From positions 1 to 26,142 of the IMG/VR virus record IMGVR_UViG_3300012346_000500: DNA of 26,142 nucleotides. One strand, given 5' to 3'. The notes beneath the pieces were generated by a model that searched no databases, was not told the origin of the DNA, and saw only the letters and a program-made list of their open reading frames with translations. Position 1 is the stretch's first letter. Every line of letters starts with the position of its first letter. This DNA comes from a virus (lineage: Duplodnaviria; Caudoviricetes). Below are positions 17,385 through 23,264 of this stretch, piece by piece. A program made the position numbers and the translations under genes.

Positions 17385-18038
17385 TTAAACGGCCTTTATA
17401 CTAATAACCTTTGCCATTTTGCGGCCATGTGCCACGTATCCAATCACTGGCACTGCCTTATCATAGCAAGCACGGCAGGAGAGGCACTTACCATCCTGCT
17501 GTGGTGCAGTGCATAAGGTAACACCGGCAGGCACTGAGGTGCCAGCAGGTACAATTGTGGAACCATGGTATGGTGCGAAGGTGCCATCCACAGCGTCACT
17601 GGAGAAGCGCACCATTACATTAGCCAATTGCTGCATGGCATCCAAGACAGCGGCGAATTTTGGGAATTTATACATGCGGGTGGGTAACCAGTGCTTGGTG
17701 TTGGGGGTTTGTTGCATTACCTGCAGCACCTTCTCTGCCAAACCGATGGAGTACAGGTCGCCGGAATCAAACCAGCGGAAGTGGGTTTGCTTCTTCAGCT
17801 TGGCGACCATAACCTCTACCCAATCAGCCTCTTGCCATGCGGCTTTATTGTCAGCACGCACTGCCTTGGTACCAGGGAAATTGTAGCAACCGGTGGTGGC
17901 ATAGCAACCAGAGCAAGCCTCTACCAGTTTACCATTAGGACCAACTGAGCCTGGACAGGTTTCGATAGCCTGAAGGGACCACGAAAAGGTACCGAGCTTA
18001 GAGGTTTTGGAAACTTTGTTGAGGGTTGCTGCTGTCAT
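17385..18038 (-). CDS. GP88-family (radical-SAM-like Fe-S) phage protein
   Basis: SKTSK...WSL.A..TCPGS...C..CYA, FRWFDSGD, HWLPTR, VRFS, C-terminal C..(KCLSCRAC); AAGGA SD. Confidence 0.8.
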   Translation of the reverse strand: MTAATLNKVSKTSKLGTFSWSLQAIETCPGSVGPNGKLVEACSGCYATTGCYNFPGTKAVRADNKAAWQEADWVEVMVAKLKKQTHFRWFDSGDLYSIGLAEKVLQVMQQTPNTKHWLPTRMYKFPKFAAVLDAMQQLANVMVRFSSDAVDGTFAPYHGSTIVPAGTSVPAGVTLCTAPQQDGKCLSCRACYDKAVPVIGYVAHGRKMAKVISIKAV

Positions 18039-18068
18039 TTTATATCCTTTTGCGTTTTTGTTGGATCA

Positions 18069-18097
18069 ATTATACCACTAACCGCTGAAAGTGGCAA
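18069..18097 (-). promoter_or_regulatory. sigma70-type promoter of the GP88-like gene
   Basis: Minus strand TTGCCA-N17-TATAAT with extended -10 TG. Confidence 0.8.
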
Positions 18098-18121
18098 CCA
18101 ATACCCGACCAGTCCGGTGGG

Positions 18122-18211
18122 TTAATTTGGCATCCAATAGAGCATGTCCGCCACTAGTGTTATAATGGCCAGCACTAAAACCAGGATGCATACTTTTGTT
18201 TCTAATGTCAT
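18122..18211 (-). CDS. 29-aa single-TM peptide (not in the ORF track)
   Basis: MTLETKVCILVLVLAIITLVADMLYWMPN; ATGA overlap with the upstream stop. Confidence 0.6.
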   Translation of the reverse strand: MTLETKVCILVLVLAIITLVADMLYWMPN

Positions 18212-18558
18212 ACCGATGCTTTCTTAGCCATGATGGATGCAGCAATTGCGTTATCTTCAGCACCATACGTGGTTACCTTAGAGGGTTTGCGGTTTGCCCT
18301 GGCGGCTTTACTACCAACAGCACCAACCTGCTTGGCAAGGAGCTTCTCCAACCGTGCCTGAGCCTTGGCAATGGCAGCCGATCGGCGAGCCTCTGCTGTG
18401 GCTTCACGGTTGCGGCGTGCTTCTGCCTTGGCCAGTTTGGCATCCAGCTTCTCTTGCTTTACCTGAGCAACCAAGAAGGATGCACGCTCTTTCCAGAATT
18501 TTGCGTTGGTACGTGCTTCTGCCAATTCGAGAGCCAAGGGGGAAAGTGCTTTTGTCAT
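18208..18558 (-). CDS. Ala/Lys/Arg-rich basic helical protein
   Basis: AAGGA SD and own promoter; strongly basic coiled coil. Confidence 0.8.
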   Translation of the reverse strand: MTKALSPLALELAEARTNAKFWKERASFLVAQVKQEKLDAKLAKAEARRNREATAEARRSAAIAKAQARLEKLLAKQVGAVGSKAARANRKPSKVTTYGAEDNAIAASIMAKKASV

Positions 18559-18587
18559 GGAATGTCCTTTTCAATTACTATGGCGTA

Positions 18588-18616
18588 AGTATAACCGATC
18601 CAGCAGGGAATGGCAA
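18588..18616 (-). promoter_or_regulatory. sigma70-type leftward promoter
   Basis: Minus strand TTGCCA-N17-TATACT; shares CTTGCCATTCCCTGC with the promoter at 20565. Confidence 0.8.
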
Positions 18617-18628
18617 GCATTTTCGGCA

Positions 18629-18829
18629 GAATAGATTGGTTTGAGACCTGGTCTCGCTCGGAATAGATTCGTGAATAGATAATACTTGACCGGATAAACT
18701 GAGAACTTTTTTCGTATATTGACAAACCATCATGGATCCGTTATAATAGAGCCATTCGAAAGCAGGACTGGGATGCACACGGATCCTGCAAACAAAAGTA
18801 CACATTCCAGGATTGAATAGGATTGGTTT
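18629..18829 (+). repeat. GAATAG(G)AT direct repeats and GAGACC-T-GGTCTC palindrome
   Basis: Repeat copies at 18629, 18661, 18673 and 18815; palindrome at 18643-18655. Confidence 0.65.
18719..18747 (+). promoter_or_regulatory. perfect-consensus sigma70 promoter with no evident downstream ORF
   Basis: TTGACA-N17-TATAAT. Confidence 0.85.
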
Positions 18830-18914
18830 ACAGAGGCGCAGAGAAAAGAGAACCATAGTATCGCTTTGAGTACTTTTTGACCCATTGCGGTTGATCCTGT
18901 AATAAAATGGTATC

Positions 18915-19034
18915 TAATCCACAGTCTAAGTCGGACTAATACCAAAGTACTAGCGTTATCCTGCGACAATATCGGCGCACTTACCCACAATATATCAACA
19001 AGCACATTTTATGCTGTGGATAAGCTGTTGATAT
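18915..19034. other. cluster of DnaA-box-like 9-mers (putative origin or DnaA-binding locus)
   Basis: TAATCCACA 18915, TTACCCACA 18981, ATATCAACA 18992, TGTGGATAA 19015 (perfect TTATCCACA on minus), TGTTGATAT 19026. Confidence 0.65.
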
Positions 19035-19079
19035 CATTAAAAATACTTGACCGGATTGGTTGTAATACTTTTTGAATAC

Positions 19080-19107
19080 TTGCCTTTTCTCTGGTTTTGG
19101 GTATAAT
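19080..19107 (+). promoter_or_regulatory. sigma70-type promoter
   Basis: TTGCCT-N16-TATAAT, preceded by the ATACTTGACC motif at 19043. Confidence 0.75.
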
Positions 19108-19114
19108 GTAACCT

Positions 19115-19252
19115 ATGAAAACGACAATACAATTCCCAAACGGTAATACTTTAGCACTATACTCCATGGACGTAGTACTATTGTATACCATTGCTTATAA
19201 TGCGGTTATACTTGACCAAAATGGTCAGTTATTGCTTGACTTTTCGGCATAA
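19115..19252 (+). CDS. 45-aa protein, probably leaderless (not in the ORF track)
   Basis: MKTTIQFPNGNTLALYSMDVVLLYTIAYNAVILDQNGQLLLDFSA; ATG lies 7 nt after the -10 box. Confidence 0.5.
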   Translation: MKTTIQFPNGNTLALYSMDVVLLYTIAYNAVILDQNGQLLLDFSA

Positions 19253-19264
19253 TTGGTGTATAAT
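19236..19264 (+). promoter_or_regulatory. sigma70-type promoter
   Basis: TTGACT-N17-TATAAT with a palindrome at 19208-19232. Confidence 0.8.
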
Positions 19265-19288
19265 TGCTTTTATTGATTCGGAGAGAAA

Positions 19289-19522
19289 ATGAAAAAAACA
19301 GCAACTAGGTCTAATGTATTACAATTGGCCATTATTGTAACCGATAGCGAGAGTGTAATACTTTCGTGTTCAGAAAATGAAAAGAATGTAGAATTAACTG
19401 TTACCGGTGCGTATGGTAGTACTTTGGAACTACTATTTGACTCACTTGTAGTACTATTCGGTTACAACGTGATTGAGGGTGATTTTGGTGATACTTTTGT
19501 TTACACTATTAAGAAAGGTTAA
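19289..19522 (+). CDS. hypothetical protein
   Basis: GGAG SD, downstream of a promoter. Confidence 0.65.
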   Translation: MKKTATRSNVLQLAIIVTDSESVILSCSENEKNVELTVTGAYGSTLELLFDSLVVLFGYNVIEGDFGDTFVYTIKKG

Positions 19523-19528
19523 TGAATT

Positions 19529-19723
19529 ATGAGTAAAATGAGTACTATTGACATAACGATTCAGGAATACGAAGAAAGTTTACACGAAAACGGTCATATG
19601 GATCCAATGACGGTTGCACTGAAACGAGAACTTTTGTACTACGGTATGGAGGAAATTGTTGAATGTATCGAACATGAATTTAATACTATGGTATTCAATA
19701 ATCAGACAGAAGGTAGGTTTTAA
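19529..19723 (+). CDS. small acidic hypothetical protein
   Basis: MSKMSTIDI N-terminus; AAGG SD. Confidence 0.7.
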   Translation: MSKMSTIDITIQEYEESLHENGHMDPMTVALKRELLYYGMEEIVECIEHEFNTMVFNNQTEGRF

Positions 19724-19754
19724 TACCTTTTAGTTAGTAGGTACTCTCTTAAAT

Positions 19755-19799
19755 GAGTACTTTAGTAATCCAGTCAGGTAATGGATTACTAAAGTGTTC
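19755..19799. repeat. long inverted repeat / stem-loop directly upstream of a promoter
   Basis: ACTTTAGTAATCCA-N9-TGGATTACTAAAGT (perfect 14 bp, extendable to 18 bp with G-U pairs). Confidence 0.85.
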
Positions 19800-19802
19800 A
19801 GG

Positions 19803-19831
19803 TTGCCATTCAGGTAGCATTGTGGTATAAT
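19803..19831 (+). promoter_or_regulatory. sigma70-type promoter
   Basis: TTGCCA-N17-TATAAT with extended -10 TG. Confidence 0.8.
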
Positions 19832-19858
19832 TGATTTTTTAGATAGCGAGGTAGCATT

Positions 19859-20113
19859 ATGCGTGAAATGATTGAGGAAATGGTGGACGAATTGTTGGAC
19901 TCCGAAGGTGATGTGGTTATCGGTTATTTGACGTTTTCACGTTCGCAAATTCTACGTGAATTGGACCCAGTTGCATATGAGCAGGAAGTATCATTAATGG
20001 CGGATGCGTTGATTTCTGATTTGCAAGACGAATTGGATGGATTGGACCCTGAGGTGGATGCCGATGAAATTGCAGATATCCAGGAACGTATTGATATGCT
20101 GGAACGTATCTAA
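19859..20113 (+). CDS. highly acidic small protein (DNA-mimic candidate)
   Basis: 26 Asp/Glu, 0 Lys and 5 Arg in 84 aa; GAGGT SD. Confidence 0.8.
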   Translation: MREMIEEMVDELLDSEGDVVIGYLTFSRSQILRELDPVAYEQEVSLMADALISDLQDELDGLDPEVDADEIADIQERIDMLERI

Positions 20114-20132
20114 TTGGAATTGAGGTAAGATT

Positions 20133-20357
20133 ATGGGTTGGAATAAAGACGGTTCTACAATCAAGGCATTATATCTCTCCGAGTATATGGTGACAGGTAA
20201 AGTCACCGAGTCCCGTGTTAGGTACGGTGGCGAGGTATCATATCATATTGATTTGGTAGAGCCATTGTATGTGTTTGGTTCGGTTCGTGATTGTGTGATT
20301 GTGAACGAAAAGCAGGTTATTGCTGATTTTGGTATATTGGAGGAAATGTATGAATAA
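20133..20357 (+). CDS. small beta-barrel-like hypothetical protein
   Basis: VTGKVTESRVRYGG.V.Y.I.L pattern; GAGGT SD. Confidence 0.75.
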   Translation: MGWNKDGSTIKALYLSEYMVTGKVTESRVRYGGEVSYHIDLVEPLYVFGSVRDCVIVNEKQVIADFGILEEMYE

Positions 20358-20529
20358 AATGTTTTGGGAAATGATGGTTTATGAGTTGAATGGTAATAAA
20401 TTCAACAATTATGGTTTAAACGTATTGGCTCAAACCCAGTGTGGTGAAGTCAAAGAAGCGGTCGTCCATGAGTTGTTGACCAATCGGTTATATGAACCAA
20501 CTGCTGCTGAACGATTCGCAGCCAAATAA
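20350..20529 (+). CDS. hypothetical protein
   Basis: GGAGG SD before ATG 20350. Confidence 0.65.
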   Translation: MNKMFWEMMVYELNGNKFNNYGLNVLAQTQCGEVKEAVVHELLTNRLYEPTAAERFAAK

Positions 20530-20564
20530 TACTTGACCGGAATGCTTGAGTACTTTTTGGTTAC

Positions 20565-20592
20565 TTGCCATTCCCTGCCGTTGTGTTATAAT
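20565..20592 (+). promoter_or_regulatory. sigma70-type promoter
   Basis: TTGCCA-N16-TATAAT with extended -10 TG; ATACTTGACC motif at 20529. Confidence 0.8.
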
Positions 20593-20622
20593 CCTTCCAT
20601 AAATTGAGAAAGCGAGTTTTTT

Positions 20623-21138
20623 ATGATGAATTTCAATAGCGACACCAATCCTACAGTTTCCGCATTGTATTTGGTTGACCGTGACAAGCAAGGCAAGGCC
20701 TATCGTTGGTTCAATGCAGAAACCGATAGCTGGGGTATGTGTGGCATGGATATGAACGAAGCATTAGAAAATAAAGATACAACCGCAGTTGGTTTCTTCC
20801 CTTGGGTTGGTCCATTGACTGGTCCTAAGTTTGATCCAAAACCTCCAGTTCACGTTGTAAGTGATGACCAGGTAAAGGTAAAACCTGTTAAGAAACGCAT
20901 GGCCAAAGCCAAACTGGTTATTACCCAAGTAGGTAATACTAAGGTTGGTTCTATTGTCAAGGCGTCAGGTAAGATTTCCCACCCAGATGGCACCGTGTTC
21001 TTCCGTGAAGACCGTCAGAAGTGGGTTGCTATGTGGTCAGGTAAGCAAGAAGCTGCACGACCAACTGCCGAAGCGTGTATTGCCTTTTTGAAGAAGAAAT
21101 ATAACCACGATGGTGTGGTTCTGCCAAAGTCAGAATAA
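20623..21138 (+). CDS. two-domain protein with C-terminal AP2/integrase-arm-like beta-sheet DNA-binding domain
   Basis: DGTVFFREDRQKWVAMWSGKQ...TAEACIAFLKKK after a Lys-rich linker. Confidence 0.6.
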   Translation: MMNFNSDTNPTVSALYLVDRDKQGKAYRWFNAETDSWGMCGMDMNEALENKDTTAVGFFPWVGPLTGPKFDPKPPVHVVSDDQVKVKPVKKRMAKAKLVITQVGNTKVGSIVKASGKISHPDGTVFFREDRQKWVAMWSGKQEAARPTAEACIAFLKKKYNHDGVVLPKSE

Positions 21139-21208
21139 GAATCCCCCGCAGTGTGCGTAGCGGCAATGCCAATAAGTCCGCTCCGATAATGTATACAAGT
21201 GAGGTAAT

Positions 21209-21382
21209 ATGAAGTGTTTTTATGAAGTTTACATGATGGATCCACATTGTCCATCCGAAAAATGTTCAATGGGTCTATTCCCTTCTCAGGCATCAGCGGA
21301 AGAATATATTGCCGAGGATCGGTTACAATATTCTGACCGTATGGAATGGACGATTGAAACTGTACCATTGGTGGGCGTATGA
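21209..21382 (+). CDS. 57-aa hypothetical protein (not in the ORF track)
   Basis: GAGGT SD; MKCFYEVYMMDPHCPSEKCSMGLFPSQASAEEYI...; ATGA overlap with the next gene. Confidence 0.65.
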   Translation: MKCFYEVYMMDPHCPSEKCSMGLFPSQASAEEYIAEDRLQYSDRMEWTIETVPLVGV

Positions 21383-21567
21383 CACGTGAAGAATTGTATA
21401 TTGCATTAGAAAATGCCCAACAACTATTATCCGATGTTTATAGTTTTGCAGAGGACAATGGTTTGACTGATATGGCACGATTGATGAGCATGGCCGATAC
21501 CATGATTATTGATGCATATGAAGAAATTGAATGTGGTCATACAGCCGAAGTATTGAAGGAACAATAA
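21379..21567 (+). CDS. small acidic helical protein
   Basis: Coupled ORF. Confidence 0.7.
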   Translation: MTREELYIALENAQQLLSDVYSFAEDNGLTDMARLMSMADTMIIDAYEEIECGHTAEVLKEQ

Positions 21568-21704
21568 TGAACACCTTTTCGTATATTGTACTGGGTATCA
21601 TGGTTGCCTTTAATATTGGTATCTGTATTTGGTTTGTTAAAAGGTCAAGAGAAACCGATGCAGAGTATGAAGCAGCAATGGATAGAATTTACGGGAGAAA
21701 ATGA
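21567..21704 (+). CDS. 45-aa single-TM protein (not in the ORF track)
   Basis: MNTFSYIVLGIMVAFNIGICIWFVKRSRE...; overlaps both neighbours. Confidence 0.6.
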   Translation: MNTFSYIVLGIMVAFNIGICIWFVKRSRETDAEYEAAMDRIYGRK

Positions 21705-22096
21705 TGGGTTTGGATATGTTTGTTTGGCGTGTTGAAGCCAATGATGTGATTGATGATTTGACCATTCGTTCCAAGGAAGATGGTCGCCAATATGATTTGG
21801 ATGAATTGTGGTACTGGCGCAAACACCACGATTTGCATGGTTGGATGGAGAAACTATACCGCAACAAAGGCGGCACAGCACAATCATTTAATTGTGTACC
21901 AGTTCGGTTGTATACACATGACCTAGATGCCTTACAGTTTGACCTATTGAATAGTGCATTGCCTGAAACAACCGGTTTCTTCTTTGGTAATAACCCACCA
22001 GATATGGACTCATTGAGTGAAGATTTGAAATTCATTCAAAAGGCACGTGATGCCATTGCTTGTGGTGATGCCGTTTATTATGATTCATGGTGGTAA
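21701..22096 (+). CDS. conserved phage protein of the MGLD...YWRK...YYxSWW type
   Basis: MGLDM, WYWRKHHDLHGWM, FNC, LPETTGFFFG, VYYDSWW. Confidence 0.8.
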   Translation: MMGLDMFVWRVEANDVIDDLTIRSKEDGRQYDLDELWYWRKHHDLHGWMEKLYRNKGGTAQSFNCVPVRLYTHDLDALQFDLLNSALPETTGFFFGNNPPDMDSLSEDLKFIQKARDAIACGDAVYYDSWW

Positions 22097-22097
22097 T

Positions 22098-22259
22098 ATG
22101 ATTGAAAGTTGGATGCCTATTACGGCCAATGTGATTCTGATTCTATTGGGTTTGGTCTTTGCAATTGGTGGTGCCAATGCCGGCAGTCGGTTTATTGGTG
22201 TTGTTAGTATTGTTGTGGCTGTATTGAGTTTGTTGGCCAATATTGGAGTGATTAAATGA
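22098..22259 (+). CDS. small two-TM membrane protein
   Basis: Two hydrophobic helices. Confidence 0.65.
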   Translation: MIESWMPITANVILILLGLVFAIGGANAGSRFIGVVSIVVAVLSLLANIGVIK

Positions 22260-22471
22260 AATTGCCTTTTGAGTGTATGATTCTGGACACCGAACCAGTT
22301 GAAGTGACCAACCCATTCTCCGGTGCATCCTGTATGCTTGTTCCTGAGGCCGTGGCCGTATATGACACAATCAAAGGTTGTGAGATGGTTGGTGATTATA
22401 AGACAATGGAAAAGGGATTGGAATGGTTCTCCAAGTACTTTCCATCCGAATACATGACATTGTTGGATTGA
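22256..22471 (+). CDS. conserved small phage protein
   Basis: VTNPFSG.S..L.P.AVAVYDTIKG.E...KGLEWF..YFP.EYM.LLD. Confidence 0.75.
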   Translation: MKLPFECMILDTEPVEVTNPFSGASCMLVPEAVAVYDTIKGCEMVGDYKTMEKGLEWFSKYFPSEYMTLLD

Positions 22472-22481
22472 GGAGATTGAT

Positions 22482-22676
22482 GTGTTGGAAGATACTATGA
22501 TTGAACTGGATGAATACCAAAAAGAACGCAACGCATATGCCGAGGGTTATAATGATGCGTACCAAAACGGTGAATACCTGAACCCATACGATGGCCTGAC
22601 ACAGGAAGCATTATATGTGGCCTATGATAATGGCCATGAGGATGGCATGGACAAACTAGTAACAGAGGCAGTATAA
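22482..22676 (+). CDS. Rmf/CrpP-fold-like small protein
   Basis: AYAEGYNDA..G...NPY......AYDNGHEDG; GAGGAG SD. Confidence 0.55.
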   Translation: MLEDTMIELDEYQKERNAYAEGYNDAYQNGEYLNPYDGLTQEALYVAYDNGHEDGMDKLVTEAV

Positions 22677-22734
22677 TGGCAGTGCTATTGATTCTACTGA
22701 TTGAGTTTACAATGTAAGTATACCACATGGGTGG

Positions 22735-22763
22735 TTGCCAAATGGTACATAATGTAATATAAT
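22735..22763 (+). promoter_or_regulatory. sigma70-type promoter
   Basis: TTGCCA-N17-TATAAT; ACCAC-ATGG-GTGGT hairpin abuts the -35. Confidence 0.75.
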
Positions 22764-22798
22764 GACGGTGTAGCCGCTTTGATGTAAAGGATTAGGAT

Positions 22799-23230
22799 AT
22801 GGAAGACGGATTTGATATTAATATTGGTGGTGGTTATTCTTTGAACTATGCAGAGATTGCCAACCACAAGGAACTAATGGCTGTGACACGTATGTTAGCC
22901 AAACAGATGACGGAGAATCCATATTTGGTTGTTGGTGAATATATCAAAGAACTATCTGATTCTGACCTGAAGTCATTAATGGTTGCTGAAGAAAATGGCA
23001 ACTTTGAAGACCTGATTCTATTGTCTGAAATGTTGGCTACTGGTGAGGGTTGTGACCAAGCACCAACTGATGAAACATTCAAAGAACGTACCAACCATTT
23101 GATTACTCTATTGGTAATTGAATCACTTGGTCGTAAAGGTTTGGTCCGTGTGTACCATGAGAATATGTCATTCAATGAGGATATGGGTGATAAGATTGTC
23201 GTGGAAAAGATTGGTGATGATTTCGCTTGA
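22799..23230 (+). CDS. acidic hypothetical protein
   Basis: 143-aa ORF behind its own promoter. Confidence 0.75.
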   Translation: MEDGFDINIGGGYSLNYAEIANHKELMAVTRMLAKQMTENPYLVVGEYIKELSDSDLKSLMVAEENGNFEDLILLSEMLATGEGCDQAPTDETFKERTNHLITLLVIESLGRKGLVRVYHENMSFNEDMGDKIVVEKIGDDFA

Positions 23231-23264
23231 GATTTTTTGTTTGTAACTTTTAAGGATTGATTAT

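Noticed and set aside
17509-18644. Plus-strand track ORFs 17509-17886, 17691-17948, 18196-18588 and 18294-18644
   Set aside because: Antisense shadows of the minus-strand genes, which have SDs, promoters, a terminator and a recognisable family.
18063-18897. Several GATC sites near the putative origin (Dam/SeqA-like control)
   Set aside because: About five in roughly 830 bp is not clearly above random expectation.
18578-19191. Minus-strand track ORFs 18578-18856, 18730-19005 and 19009-19191
   Set aside because: No SD, atypical composition, and they run across promoters and repeats; the region is better explained as non-coding.
18679-20560. CRISPR-like mini-array from recurring ATACTTGACCGGA
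   Set aside because: Spacing is irregular (hundreds to over 1000 bp), copies are degenerate, and each is tied to a promoter; no cas genes.
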